Source: an uncultured Chloroflexia bacterium
Lineage (GTDB): Bacteria > Chloroflexota > Anaerolineae > CG2-30-64-16
Length of the DNA: 64,000 nucleotides
Assembly: GCA_963774265.1 (NCBI GenBank)
Contig: CAVZDU010000001.1
Span: forward strand, 576,001 to 640,000
Direction: 5' to 3'
Part shown: positions 1-10,187 of the stretch, piece by piece
Position numbering within the stretch: position 1 is the first letter of the stretch
How the letters are laid out: every line of letters starts with the position of its first letter
Notes under the pieces: generated by a model
Databases searched by the model: none
Seen by the model: the letters and a program-made list of their open reading frames with translations, nothing else
Told to the model about the DNA's origin: nothing
Made by a program: the position numbers and the translations under genes

Positions 1-1457
1 TCCACCTGTTTGGGATCGGGCAAAACCTCGTTCAGTGTCACTTGGAACGGCTGCTGGGGCAGGGGCGTCGGCGTCGCGGTCGTGGTCGGTGTGGCGGTTT
101 GTGTGGGGGTGGTAAGTGTTCCCAGGGTCGGCGTCGCGGTGGGAGTCTGTGTTGGCGTAGGCGTAGCTGCGACCGCAGGCGCCCCAGGGTTGGGCGCTGC
201 CTGCACTTGCCAATCCAGCGCCGTGTCGCTATCAGCAACACCGTCGATTCGGGCGAGGGACTGTCCCGGATCGACGCCGCTACAGGGCGGGTCGAAGACG
301 TCCTTGTTCGTCCCGTAGCTCATGGCATCGACCACGCTGTTATCGGGTGCCAGGAGCTGGACTGCATCCCCGCTGTTACCAAGTCCGTTTCCGATTGTTC
401 CTTTCAGGCCGATCAGCTTGCCGGAGAAGGTGGGATGCTCCGCAGTGAACATGGCCGACCTCGCCGCGATCACCGCGAATTCTCCCGGGGCTAACTCGAA
501 CGACGGCAATTCATCCTGTCCGGCGTTATCCTTGATCCACCAACCCACCAGGGCCACCTTAACTATTGTCGGGTTGTGAACCTCGACCCATTCGTAATCA
601 TTATCCGTTCCTTCTTGCAGCGCATCGTAAAGCACTTCGGAAAGCAGCAGCCTTGGCCACCCCCCCGGGGGCGTCACCGAGACGGTCGGGGTCGGTGTTG
701 CGGTGAGTGTGGCCGTGGCTGTGACAGTGGGCGTCAGCGTGGCGGTCGGGGTGGTGGTCGCCTGTTCGGTTGGCGTAGGGGTGAGCGTGTCGCCGGCGGT
801 GACCGTTGACGAAGGCGTCGTCGTGGGCTCGCTGCTGGGAGTGAGGGTCGGTGTGAAGGTGGAGGTGGGTGTGTCGGTGGCTGGTGGTGGTGCGGATGCT
901 CCCCCCGGCGTGGGCGTCCCCGTCACCCAATCGCCCGCGCTGTCACTATCCGCATCCGGCGGCTGGCGCGCCAGAGACTGGCCTTCATTCACATCCGGGC
1001 AAGGCGGATTGAAGGCGCTGGAATCGGAGCCATAGCTTACTGCATCAATCGTCCCTCCGCCTCCATCCACCAGGGAGAGGACATCGCCCGAGTTGCTTAA
1101 TCCGTTGCCGATCGGCCCATCGAGCGACACAAGGGCGCCGGTGAAGCCGGGGTTTGCACCCCGAAAGTCACCCTCATTGCTGGCGATAACCAGATACTGG
1201 CCGGGTCCGATGGTGGGTGCTGGCAACGGGTCGGTGCTCGTGTTGTCCCTTATCGTCCAACCGGTCAGGTCAACCGCGTTGGACGTTGGGTTGTACAACT
1301 CGACCCACTCCGCCCCCGGCTCACTCGCGGCCGGGTCGTAGAGCACTTCACTGATGAGCGGGTGGTCGGCGGCGGTCCCTTGAGTCGTGGCGGGGGCCAG
1401 GAACAAGGAGCAGAACAAGATCAGGGCAAGGGAAGCGTACAGGCAGCGATGCGGCAT
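1..1457 (-). CDS. Secreted multi-lamin-tail-domain (LTD) protein with Pro/Thr linkers; runs off the window edge
   Basis: Absent from the ORF track because there is no stop in the window. Manual translation: MPHRCLYASLALILFCSLFLAPATTQG (signal peptide), LISEVLYDP..EWVELYNP..VDLTGWTI..GLSNSGD, a PT-rich linker, a second LLSEVLYD..EWVEVHNP..GLGNSGD copy, another PT linker, and the start of a third (VTLNEVLPDP). Confidence 0.85.
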   Translation of the reverse strand, partial: MPHRCLYASLALILFCSLFLAPATTQGTAADHPLISEVLYDPAASEPGAEWVELYNPTSNAVDLTGWTIRDNTSTDPLPAPTIGPGQYLVIASNEGDFRGANPGFTGALVSLDGPIGNGLSNSGDVLSLVDGGGGTIDAVSYGSDSSAFNPPCPDVNEGQSLARQPPDADSDSAGDWVTGTPTPGGASAPPPATDTPTSTFTPTLTPSSEPTTTPSSTVTAGDTLTPTPTEQATTTPTATLTPTVTATATLTATPTPTVSVTPPGGWPRLLLSEVLYDALQEGTDNDYEWVEVHNPTIVKVALVGWWIKDNAGQDELPSFELAPGEFAVIAARSAMFTAEHPTFSGKLIGLKGTIGNGLGNSGDAVQLLAPDNSVVDAMSYGTNKDVFDPPCSGVDPGQSLARIDGVADSDTALDWQVQAAPNPGAPAVAATPTPTQTPTATPTLGTLTTPTQTATPTTTATPTPLPQQPFQVTLNEVLPDPKQV

Positions 1458-1520
1458 GATGTCCACCTTTTGTGTTGGCGTCGTTGGCGCAGCGAGAGAA
1501 GGAGTCATGCTTCCGAGGTG

Positions 1521-1550
1521 ATTATATGACTGTGAAAACCAACCTGTCAA
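1521..1550 (-). promoter_or_regulatory. Sigma70-type promoter of the LTD gene
   Basis: TTGACA-18 nt-TATAAT on the minus strand. Confidence 0.6.
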
Positions 1551-1563
1551 CTGGGGAAGTGAC

Positions 1564-1599
1564 AAAAAACTCGCCGTCTCCTGACGAGTGACGGCGAGT
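1564..1599 (-). terminator. Intrinsic terminator of the rpoD-family gene
   Basis: 10-bp stem ACTCGCCGTC/GACGGCGAGT followed by a T run on the minus strand, 30 nt after the stop. Confidence 0.75.
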
Positions 1600-1628
1600 C
1601 CGTACCAGTGCTCTATTAGCGAATTGAC

Positions 1629-2855
1629 TCAGGTCAGATAATCGCGTAATTTCCGGCTGCGGCTGGGGTGACGAAGCCGGCCCAGCGCCTGCGCCTCGAT
1701 CTGCCGGATGCGCTCGCGCGTCACGCCGAATTTCTTGCCCACCTCTTCGAGTGTGTATGAGTACCCATCCACCAGGCCAAAGCGAAGCTGCAGGATGCGC
1801 ACCTCACGCGGGGTCAACGACTCGAAGATTTCGTCGATGACCTGTCGCAGCATGGTCTGAGAGGCCGAGTCGGTCGGGCTTTCGGCCTCCTCATCCTCGA
1901 TGAAATCGCCCAGGTAGCTGTCCTCTTCCTCGCCTACCGGCATCTCCAGCGACAGCGGCCGCTGTGAGACGCGAATGATCTGCTCCACCTTACGCGGCGG
2001 AACGCCCAGGCGCTCGGCGATTTCCTCGGTCGTCGGGTCGCGACCCAACTCCTGCACCAACTGCCGGCTGGTGCGCGTCAGCCGGTTGATCTGTTCGTAC
2101 ATGTGCACGGGCACGCGGATGGTGCGCCCCTGATCTGCGATGGCGCGTGTCACAGCCTGGCGAATCCACCACGTCGCATAGGTGCTGAACTTATAGCCGC
2201 GGCGATAGTCGAATTTCTTTACAGCGCGGATCAGACCGATGTTGCCTTCCTGGATGAGGTCCAGGAACGGCACACCCCGACCCACGTACTTCTTGGCGAC
2301 GCTGACGACGAGACGGGAGTTGGCCTTGATCAGGTGCTCCTGTGCTGCCTGGCCATCCCGCACGGCGAGCAATAGCTTATCGCGCTCGTCCGGATCCTCG
2401 ACACCCAGGGTCAGCTTCTGCCGGGCTTCGCGCCCGTGCTCCATCCGCTTGGCGAGACTGACCTCTTCATCGGCGGTCAGAAGCGGGACCCGTCCGATCT
2501 CCTTCAGGTACAGGCTGATCGAATCGTCAATGTCGATCAGGTCCAGGTCGATATCCAACTCTGCTGGCTCAGCTCGTTCGTCTTCAGCCGCCTCGTTGTC
2601 GTCTCCTTCACGAAAAGCACTGACCTCGATGCCCTGTTCAAATAAGTTGGCGAACAGGTCTTCGAGTTGCTCCATATTGGTTTCGGCTTCTGGGAAGGCA
2701 TTCAGGACATCATCGTAAGTCACAAAGCCTTGGTCGCGCCCCAGGGTGAACAGTTGCGCGGTCGCTTCTTTGGACTTGCTTGGGCTGTCGTCCTGACCCT
2801 CCCCATCGACTTCGGGTTGGTGTTCTAGCTCGTCATCTAGTGCGCCCATCAGCAC
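1629..2855 (-). CDS. rpoD: RNA polymerase sigma factor, RpoD/SigA family
   Basis: Region 1.1, [11 protein letters not shown] (1.2), [36 protein letters not shown] (2), [20 protein letters not shown] (4.2). May be one of several paralogues. Confidence 0.93.
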   Translation of the reverse strand: MLMGALDDELEHQPEVDGEGQDDSPSKSKEATAQLFTLGRDQGFVTYDDVLNAFPEAETNMEQLEDLFANLFEQGIEVSAFREGDDNEAAEDERAEPAELDIDLDLIDIDDSISLYLKEIGRVPLLTADEEVSLAKRMEHGREARQKLTLGVEDPDERDKLLLAVRDGQAAQEHLIKANSRLVVSVAKKYVGRGVPFLDLIQEGNIGLIRAVKKFDYRRGYKFSTYATWWIRQAVTRAIADQGRTIRVPVHMYEQINRLTRTSRQLVQELGRDPTTEEIAERLGVPPRKVEQIIRVSQRPLSLEMPVGEEEDSYLGDFIEDEEAESPTDSASQTMLRQVIDEIFESLTPREVRILQLRFGLVDGYSYTLEEVGKKFGVTRERIRQIEAQALGRLRHPSRSRKLRDYLT

Positions 2856-3747
2856 ACTCCTTCACCGGACTCTTAAAGTCGTAAATTCCGTCGTCAATGG
2901 CCCACACCGCGTCACAGTGTGCACATCTTAACGTGTTATGCTCGGCACTTAGTTCCGTTGCGGTGCAGGCCGGGCAGCGGAATGGACTGCCAATAGTGGT
3001 CGGCCCGTTCCCCAGCCGCGTCGTACGGAGAAATAGACTGGGCGATAATTTCCAGGCAGCGCTGATCTTTTGAATGCTCCCGTCAAGCGATGCCAGGACC
3101 GTTGGGGGAACGAGTCGCTTCAGGGACCCCGAGCGAAAATGTGAGACCGCGCGCCCGGCTTCAAGTCTAAAACCTGCGCTGCGCAACTGCTCCTTCATCC
3201 AGTCAGGATGAAAATCGAAATTAAGACTGGCGAACTCGTAGGGATCCGAGGTGAAAGGTGACCAACTTTGCCGGCGGAGCAAGTAGCGCCCGATGGCCTT
3301 TATGTTGCGTTTGTTGGCATATTCAAGGATGTAGGCGCCCCGCGGTTGAAGCGTCTCTGCTATACCTCGTAAGGCGGCGGCGACGTCAACCAGGTGATGC
3401 AACACCCGGACGGTTACGGCGGCATCGCAGGCGCCGGGAGCCAGGGGAAGATGGTAGATATCAGCCGCAACGTAGATAAACCGCCCGGATCGTCCGAGCC
3501 GTTCCTGCGCTTCGCGGAGGCCTGACTTGGCATAATCGAGCAGAATCACTTGATCGTAACCGCTGTAGAGGTCGGTCAGCCGGCCAAATCCGGCGCCAAA
3601 TTCGACAATACGACGACCCTTCGCCGGCAACAGGTGGCGTAGTGCGATGCGCTCAGCCAGGTCTTCATATTCGCGTCCCTGGCCTTCCCAAAATCGGGCT
3701 CGATAGCTCGTGCCCTCATAGTCACAGATCGTGTAATCTCGCTCCAA
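2833..3747 (-). CDS. Class I SAM-dependent methyltransferase with C-terminal Zn-ribbon (Trm112-like)
   Basis: VEFGAGFGR motif I, VRVLHH, C-terminal CPAC..CAHC..DDGIYDF. The TTG at 3747 is the probable start (ORF track begins at 3822). Overlaps the rpoD start. Confidence 0.8.
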   Translation of the reverse strand: MERDYTICDYEGTSYRARFWEGQGREYEDLAERIALRHLLPAKGRRIVEFGAGFGRLTDLYSGYDQVILLDYAKSGLREAQERLGRSGRFIYVAADIYHLPLAPGACDAAVTVRVLHHLVDVAAALRGIAETLQPRGAYILEYANKRNIKAIGRYLLRRQSWSPFTSDPYEFASLNFDFHPDWMKEQLRSAGFRLEAGRAVSHFRSGSLKRLVPPTVLASLDGSIQKISAAWKLSPSLFLRTTRLGNGPTTIGSPFRCPACTATELSAEHNTLRCAHCDAVWAIDDGIYDFKSPVKECADGRTR

Positions 3748-3768
3748 ATCGCTTCGCCGCCCCTCTAC

Positions 3769-3784
3769 TGTTTCACGTGAAACA
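3769..3784. promoter_or_regulatory. parS centromere-like site (ParB/Spo0J binding)
   Basis: Perfect palindrome TGTTTCACGTGAAACA, matching the canonical bacterial parS consensus. Confidence 0.85.
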
Positions 3785-3838
3785 TCTTGCCGCCGCCAGC
3801 GCAGGATCACGGAAACTATCATCCCATAATTAACAAGA

Positions 3839-3865
3839 ATGGGCGGTGGCTAACCCACCGCCCAT
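3839..3865 (-). terminator. Hairpin, probable terminator after infA
   Basis: 11-bp stem ATGGGCGGTGG/CCACCGCCCAT, followed by TCTTGTTAATT on the minus strand. Confidence 0.5.
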
Positions 3866-3992
3866 GTCGGCTTGCGCTTCTGCGACATAATTATAGCACG
3901 CTCTGTCAATCCCTGGCGTGGTATGGATGATAAACATGCCAAATAATGCGCCAGCTTATGATCAGATGGCGCGTGGGGCTATCTGACTCCTG

Positions 3993-4232
3993 TTACAGCG
4001 GGCCGCTCGGATTGCGATGGCGATACACGATCCGGCCTTTGGTCAGATCGTAGGGCGAAAGCTCGACGCGCACCCGGTCACCCAGCAATACGCGAATGTA
4101 GTACTTCCGCATCTTGCCAGACAGATACGCCAGAACTTCGGGTCCATTTTCGAGCTTGATCCGGAATGTTGTGTTCGGCAGAGCCTCCACAACCTTTCCA
4201 TCCAGGGTCAGCTTCTCCTCTTTGTTTGTCAT
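3993..4232 (-). CDS. infA: Translation initiation factor IF-1
   Basis: [57 protein letters not shown]. Confidence 0.97.
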   Translation of the reverse strand: MTNKEEKLTLDGKVVEALPNTTFRIKLENGPEVLAYLSGKMRKYYIRVLLGDRVRVELSPYDLTKGRIVYRHRNPSGPL

Positions 4233-4308
4233 GCCTTGTCACCTTCTGATCGGGCCACCAACCGGGCTAGGTCAGTGGCCCACACCTATGGCGTGCGGAG
4301 GAGCAGGC

Positions 4309-4521
4309 CTAGCGCATGCTCTCGCGACCCTCGCGGCGCCGCTGCGCCTGCCGCGCCTTACGGATCGCCTTCTGCTTCTTTAGACGCCGCAATTCGCTCG
4401 GCGGCGTGAACCAGCGCTTCTTGCGGACGGTAGGCAGGATGCGCTCCTTCATCACTTCCTTGCGGAAGCGTTTGAGCAGCGACTCCTGGGACTCCCCGGT
4501 TCGCAATGTCACGGTTGCCAT
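4309..4521 (-). CDS. rpsU: 30S ribosomal protein bS21
   Basis: MATVTLRTGESQESLLKRFRKEV..VRKKRWFTPPSE. ATG at 4521 follows a G-rich RBS. Confidence 0.92.
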   Translation of the reverse strand: MATVTLRTGESQESLLKRFRKEVMKERILPTVRKKRWFTPPSELRRLKKQKAIRKARQAQRRREGRESMR

Positions 4522-4572
4522 GCACTCACCCCCTTCCCCGCCAGGTCTTCCAACACCAGTCACCTTAACAAT

Positions 4573-4594
4573 AAAACCTCACCTTGCGGTGAGG
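4573..4594 (-). terminator. Terminator-like hairpin within the rpsU leader
   Basis: CCTCACC-GCAA-GGTGAGG followed by TTTTATTGTT, about 50 nt upstream of the rpsU ATG. Confidence 0.55.
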
Positions 4595-4749
4595 CCCCTC
4601 GCTTGCCTGTTACAGAACCGATCACGCTGCTACATCCGCCGTCAGCCTTCCGTTCAGAAACTGACTCGTTCGCGCCGTGTGTTACGTTTCCTTCTTTCAG
4701 GCCATCCGCGCTCCTGCCAGGGACACGTGTGGGATATTGGGCCGACCGC

Positions 4750-4778
4750 AGTATAGCGTATACTGCAGGTGGTGTCAA
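4750..4778 (-). promoter_or_regulatory. Strong sigma70 promoter of rpsU-infA, overlapped by a palindrome
   Basis: TTGACA-17 nt-TATACT. Inverted repeat GCAGTATA-GCG-TATACTGC at 4748-4766. Confidence 0.75.
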
Positions 4779-4804
4779 AAACAGCACGGAATCCCGCTGC
4801 CAGG

Positions 4805-6473
4805 TCAGCGAGACGATCTTGCGCCCCCCTCCGGGGGCTTTCGCAACCCCTGCATGAGGCGGCGCCACGCGCTTTGGGCGTTCGTCGCCCGCTGCTCGTC
4901 GATCTCGTGATCCGAATAGCGAGCATCAACGAAGGCTGCCGTCAAATCTGTGACGTCGGTTTCCGTCTCAGGCCACGTCTCGGCCAGGTCCTTCGCATAC
5001 TCCAGTGGCGTCCTGTGGCTGGGTCGGGGCTTCCCGCCTTCCGTGGCTTCCTGCACTGCACGAAGGTAGTATTGGCGTACTTTGCCCCTCGGCGTCGCCG
5101 GCGCCCGGACACCTTCCCGCTCTGTCGAAAGCCGCGGCACTTTGCGCCGTACGCGTCTGAGCCTGAGAACAGCGCTGTTCAGTTGCCGCGTCATCGCCAG
5201 GCTGAAACGTTTCTGCCGCGCACGCCACCACAACCGCATGTGCAGTAATCGCTCTCCCAGCGGGCCCTGCAGCAACTCGGTGGATCGCAAAAAGTTCACC
5301 AGGAGAAACCCTGTCACCAACACGATCATGATCCACAAGACCGCTCCCCCCAACCAGGGGGGCAGCCGGCTCGTCATTTCTGCCTGGGAAGGGATCGTTA
5401 GGGGAAAGGGGGCCGGTTCGGCCTGGGCCGCTTCTTCGTTTGCAGCGCCAAAGAGGGTGCGTAGCATCTGCTCAACCAGTGCAAAGAGCATGCCGAACAG
5501 CAGGACGAGTCCCATTATGATTCGTGCCAGTAGCGCGAAGAACCACTCTATCGCCAGGGCCAGCCAGCCGGTCTGTCCCAACGGCAGCAAGAGCGCGACC
5601 AGCGCGACCAGCCCGACAAAGGCAAGGCTGATGCGATGCCACCGGCTCAGCATTGCCTTGTTGATCTCCACATCCTGGTTGAACCACCTGCCGCGCAGAA
5701 CTGCGAGTCGGCCGTGGCTCATGAGCAGCAGCCCGGCCAGAAAATAGCACACCAGGCTGGCCAGCGCTTCGGGGCGTAGTCCTAATCCTCGCAGACTCGC
5801 GCGCAGCAGGCCGGCTGGGGTCGTGGTGATGGCGACGCGCGTCAAGGCCGCACATACCACGAGCAGCATCCCGGAACTGATCCAACGCAGCGCAAAGCGC
5901 TGGAGAATGTCGGCGCGCGCCATCGGTATCGCCACGCGCCACTGGCTCTTGCTGTCGCCCCACTCCCGGCTGCGTTGTGCTGCAACCTCGTCGGGCTGAA
6001 TCGCCAGGTCCAGAAAATCCGCCGTAACGCCGATCGCGAAGCCCCAAACAAAGAGCAGGGTGAGGGACGCAAACAAAAACTCGCCCGTGAAGAACAACGC
6101 GGGGTCCATCAGCCAGGCTTGCAGCGCGCCAGGGCCCGGAAATTCCTCATAAAGCGCCCACACAACGAGGCGCGTCGACCACCAGCAGCAATACCACCTC
6201 GCCGAGTCGAAAGACCATCCCCCGCCGATCGCGCCACGTGGGACGCCCCAAGAGACTGGTCGTCACGACGCCGAAGATCCCCGCGATCGCCGCCGCTGGG
6301 AGCAGGTAGATCGGCCATTCAAATCCGAGCCCAATGCGTATCAGCCCCGGACCTGCGGCCAGGCTGGCCGCCATCAGAGCGATCAGCGCGAGACGAAACA
6401 GGCTGACCTGCCAGGCTTCATCCCGATACTCTGCAAAAGGTTGGCCTCCGCCCCTACCCGGCATGCTACGCAT
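4805..6473 (-). CDS. DUF4129-domain membrane protein (frame break near 6170)
   Basis: Multi-TM N-terminus split between ORFs 6147-6473 and 4805-6163. C-terminal RPSHRTPLEYA..LTAAFVDARYS is typical of DUF4129. Lies downstream of MoxR and DUF58 genes. Confidence 0.75.
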
Positions 6474-7683
6474 AACGAGCTCCTAAGCCAACACCGGTTT
6501 TAAGGATCTGCCAGCGCCGCAGAGCGGCTTCGTCCGCTACCTCGAAGGCGCCGACGCCTAAGCGGCGGCAGCGCTCCTTGATCACCGCGAAGTGCGCATG
6601 CGGCTCAACCGCAACCAGCACCGGGTTCAAACCTGCTCGATAGAGGCGGCCGAGCGCCGCGGACGTTGCTTCATCGCCCGTTGCCGTCACTGCAATCACC
6701 GTCGTCCCCCAGGCCAGGTTCACCGTCGCCTGGGGCAGCCATTCGGGCAAGGAGCGGGTCTCGCCCGCCTGAACGCGAGCCAGCCACTCCAGCAGCTTCA
6801 TCAGGTGAGTGCGACCGGACCTCGGCGAGATGCTCCAGCATGTCGTGTTCGTCAATTCATCGTGGCCATTGCTGCCCAATCCCACCTCCTGGCGCTGTTC
6901 GATCAGGTAATTCGCCAGTGATGCGGCAACAACGATAGCCCATTCCGTTCCACTATAGCGGTACGACCGGGAATACGCGGGCATATGGAGGTCGACAAAG
7001 ATAGTGGTGGACAGGGAGACGGCCGGCTCAGTTTTCTTTACCTGCAACTGGCCAGCGCGAGCGCTGGTCTTCCAGTCAATCCCGCGAATTGGATCACCGG
7101 GTTGGTAATTCCGCACGCCGCTGACGCGGGTCGGGTCCGCAAAGATGGGCTGGCGGCTGGCAATGGTTCCGTACGGTGCGCGTGAGCTCAGCGGTACGTG
7201 CATCAAGGTAACGACGCGCGGATATACAACGAGGGGGCGAGGCTCCTCGGCCGTCCCGCGTGCCTCCGCGAATCCAAACAGGTCGCCCGAGGTCAGGCGT
7301 CCGGGGCCGATAGGATAGAAACCGCGCTGGTGCCCTGAAAGCTCATAATGCAACGTCACCTGTTCCTTGGGGCCAAGCGCCATCGCCTGCAGCAAACGGC
7401 TGCTGCCAGATAGCTTTGTGGGAGGCGACTCATCGTAGTGCAGCCAGGGGACCGGCAGGATGCTGCGATTCCGAATGCTGATTTCGACGGTAGTCGTTTC
7501 GGCCGTAAAGATGTGGTCGACAAAACGGCGTTCAACCGACAGCTGCTTCAAGCTGCGCGCAGCCCACCACCGCGCCAACCCATAGCTCCCGGCCAGCACA
7601 TAGACGAGGTAGAAGACGATGTCCATCCGAAGCAGGATAGCAACGATTAGGAAGAACAGCAGGACAATGGGGAGCTCAGCCAT
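6466..7683 (-). CDS. DUF58 domain protein (MoxR-associated)
   Basis: RGFYPIGP..DLFG, LVVYP, VRNYQPGDPIRGIDWKTSAR. Confidence 0.9.
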   Translation of the reverse strand: MAELPIVLLFFLIVAILLRMDIVFYLVYVLAGSYGLARWWAARSLKQLSVERRFVDHIFTAETTTVEISIRNRSILPVPWLHYDESPPTKLSGSSRLLQAMALGPKEQVTLHYELSGHQRGFYPIGPGRLTSGDLFGFAEARGTAEEPRPLVVYPRVVTLMHVPLSSRAPYGTIASRQPIFADPTRVSGVRNYQPGDPIRGIDWKTSARAGQLQVKKTEPAVSLSTTIFVDLHMPAYSRSYRYSGTEWAIVVAASLANYLIEQRQEVGLGSNGHDELTNTTCWSISPRSGRTHLMKLLEWLARVQAGETRSLPEWLPQATVNLAWGTTVIAVTATGDEATSAALGRLYRAGLNPVLVAVEPHAHFAVIKERCRRLGVGAFEVADEAALRRWQILKTGVGLGARYA

Positions 7684-7685
7684 CG

Positions 7686-8387
7686 TTAGTCGTCTTCGGG
7701 GGACGGCGCCTCCGTTATGTTGCGGCCTGCGCCAGCTATCACGACCACGTATTCGCCCCTTGGTTTTGCGTGCTGGACCAACGCGAGTAGCTCCGCGATC
7801 GTGCCGCGCTCGACTGACTCGTGCAGCTTGGTCAGCTCATGCGCCAGGGCCGCGGGTCGGTCCCCGTAAATGCTGAGCGCATCTTGCAGGAATTGTGCGA
7901 CCCGGTACGGGCTCTCATAAAAGACCAATGTATGTGGCGAATCAACATCAACCTGGAGGAATCTTCGGCGCGGTCCACCTTTGTGGGGCGCGAAGCCGCG
8001 ATAGGTGAAGCTGTGGACGGGGAGGCCGGACAGTACCACGGCCATGATGACCGCCGCCGGCCCCGGCGCCATACTGACCGTTTCGCCTGCCTCGATGGCC
8101 CGGCGGAGGATGGTATAGCCAGGGTCCGAAATGCCTGGGGTGCCCGCTTCACTGACCACCGCCACTGACTTCCCGTCGGCCAGCAAACCCATGATGCGGT
8201 CGCCGGCGCGATCCTCGTTGTGTTCATGGAAGGCCATTTGGGGCTTCGAGATCCCGAAGTGCTTGAGCAGGATGCCGGTCTTGCGAGTATCCTCGCTCGC
8301 GATGATATCGACGCTTCGCAGGATCTCCAGCGCTCGTAGGGTGATGTCGCCGAGGTTGCCGATAGGTGTCGCCACCAGGTAGAGCAT
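7686..8387 (-). CDS. rsmI: 16S rRNA (C1402-2'-O)-methyltransferase
   Basis: [49 protein letters not shown]. Confidence 0.95.
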   Translation of the reverse strand: MLYLVATPIGNLGDITLRALEILRSVDIIASEDTRKTGILLKHFGISKPQMAFHEHNEDRAGDRIMGLLADGKSVAVVSEAGTPGISDPGYTILRRAIEAGETVSMAPGPAAVIMAVVLSGLPVHSFTYRGFAPHKGGPRRRFLQVDVDSPHTLVFYESPYRVAQFLQDALSIYGDRPAALAHELTKLHESVERGTIAELLALVQHAKPRGEYVVVIAGAGRNITEAPSPEDD

Positions 8388-8388
8388 A

Positions 8389-9334
8389 TCAGGCCTTCCC
8401 AAGGTCGAGCGGCGTCTGGGCGAGCAGCTCGGCAATGATGATGCCGGCGGTGCGGCCGCGCAATGCGCTTTCCGGGTGTACCAGGCATCGATGGGCGAGG
8501 GTGAGCGGCGCAAGCCGCTTGACGTCGTCGGGCAATACGTAATCGCGGCCGTGCAGTGCCGCCCATGCCTGGCTGGTCTTGTAAAGCGCCAGCGAGCCGC
8601 GAGGGCTCGCTCCCAGCAGCAGGTCGGGCTGGGTGCGTGTCGCCTGGACGAGCCGGATGATATAGTTGCGCACGGTCTCGTCTACGTGGACCTCCCAGGC
8701 GAGCTGCGTGAGTTCTGGCAGCCGCAGCCCTTCGAACACTGGCCCAAGGCTTTCGATGGGATGCTGCCGCTGCAAATTGAGCAACATCTGCCCCTCAGCC
8801 GCCGCATCCAGGTAACCCAATCGCAATCTTAATGAGAAAACGGTCCAACTGCGCCTCAGGCAGCGGAAAGGTTCCCTCGTATTCAATCGGATTCTGCGTT
8901 GCCAGCACGATGAAAGGCCGCGCCAGGGCGCGTGTGACGCCATCCGCAGTGACCTGCCGTTCTCCCATGCACTCCAGCAGCGCAGATTGCGTCCGCGGCG
9001 TCGCGCGGTTGATCTCGTCTGCCAGCAATAGATTTGCGAACGCCGGGCCAGGGATGAAGTCGAACTTGCCAGCCTGCTGGTTATAAACCGATACGCCCGT
9101 AACGTCATTCGGCAACAGATCAGGAGTACATTGCAGGCGGCGGAATGTGACGTCGAGGGAGCTTGCGACCGCGCGGGCCAGCATGGTCTTGCCGACGCCA
9201 GGTACATCCTCGATCAGCACATGTCCTTCGCACAGCAATGCCGCGAGGATCAGCTCGATCGCATCGCGTTGTCCAAGGATGACTTTCTCGACATTGTTGA
9301 TCACGCGATCGGCGAAAACCTGGATTTCGTTCAC
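8389..9334 (-). CDS. MoxR-family AAA+ ATPase (frame break near 8830)
   Basis: [70 protein letters not shown]. The C-terminus ([19 protein letters not shown]) is in another frame. Confidence 0.9.
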
Positions 9335-9383
9335 GGTGTCAGCTCCTGCACGTAAGAGAGAGTTTATCACAGCGAATGACCAC

Positions 9384-9432
9384 TTGACAAAAGAACAGCC
9401 GTTCAGTATAATGTCCACAAGAACATAGTTTC
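9384..9432 (+). promoter_or_regulatory. lexA promoter with two SOS boxes
   Basis: TTGACA (9384)-17 nt-TATAAT (9407). GAAC-AGCC-GTTC at 9393-9404 lies in the spacer; degenerate GAAC-ATAG-TTTC at 9421-9432. Confidence 0.88.
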
Positions 9433-9459
9433 GTGTCGCAACTTCGAGGAGTAAACACA

Positions 9460-10116
9460 ATGAGCCTATCCGATCGACAAGTACGCATACTCCAGTTCAT
9501 TCGTTCGTATCTGGAGGAGCACAGCTATCCGCCAACCATCCGGGAAATCGGCAAAGCTGTCGGCATCCCTTCGACATCGGTGGTAAAGTACAACCTTGAG
9601 CGCTTGCAAGAAAAGGGCTACATCGAGCGCAGCGAAGAAGTCTCGCGCGGCTTGAAGCTCGTAGGCGGCCCCAGGTTGGTGTCCATCCCGCGCAGCGAGG
9701 TGCTCGGGATCGTGGAAGTGCCGAAGCTGGGCAAGATCTCGGCCGGCGAACCGATCCTCGCGTTCGGACAGCAGGATGATCCCTACGCCGGGGAGATGCT
9801 GACGCTGACCTCGGACCTGGTTGGTGATCCCACACATGTCTACACGCTGCAGGTCAAGGGCGATTCGATGATCGATGCCCTGGTCAACGATGGCGACTGG
9901 GTGGTGATTCGACACCAGAATACTGCGCATCCGCATGAGATGATTGTAGCGTGGCTGCGAGACCGCGAAGAGACCACGCTCAAGTACTACTTTCCGGAGG
10001 GCGAGCGCGTCCGGCTGCAACCGGCCAACCCCGCCTATCACCCGATCTTCGTCAAAACGGACCAGTTGGAAATTCAGGGCAAGGTGATCGCGATCGTCCG
10101 GCAAATCCCGCAGTAA
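9460..10116 (+). CDS. lexA: SOS repressor LexA
   Basis: [18 protein letters not shown] cleavage site, VKGDSMID (catalytic Ser), TTLK (catalytic Lys), RLQPANP. RBS GAGGAG. Confidence 0.96.
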   Translation: MSLSDRQVRILQFIRSYLEEHSYPPTIREIGKAVGIPSTSVVKYNLERLQEKGYIERSEEVSRGLKLVGGPRLVSIPRSEVLGIVEVPKLGKISAGEPILAFGQQDDPYAGEMLTLTSDLVGDPTHVYTLQVKGDSMIDALVNDGDWVVIRHQNTAHPHEMIVAWLRDREETTLKYYFPEGERVRLQPANPAYHPIFVKTDQLEIQGKVIAIVRQIPQ

Positions 10117-10187
10117 TCTGGCAGGGTGAGGAGTCAACCCATCATGACTCTCTTCACTTCGCGCCTCCGCGTGAGTAATCTCGCCGC

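Noticed and set aside
10-1341. Plus-strand Val/Gly-rich ORFs
   Set aside because: They are the reverse complement of the Pro/Thr linkers of the minus-strand LTD gene.
3890-3909. TTGACA and TATAAT on the minus strand upstream of the methyltransferase
   Set aside because: The spacer is only 8 nt, so they are not a -35/-10 pair. The TGn-TATAAT alone could be an extended -10 but is not called.
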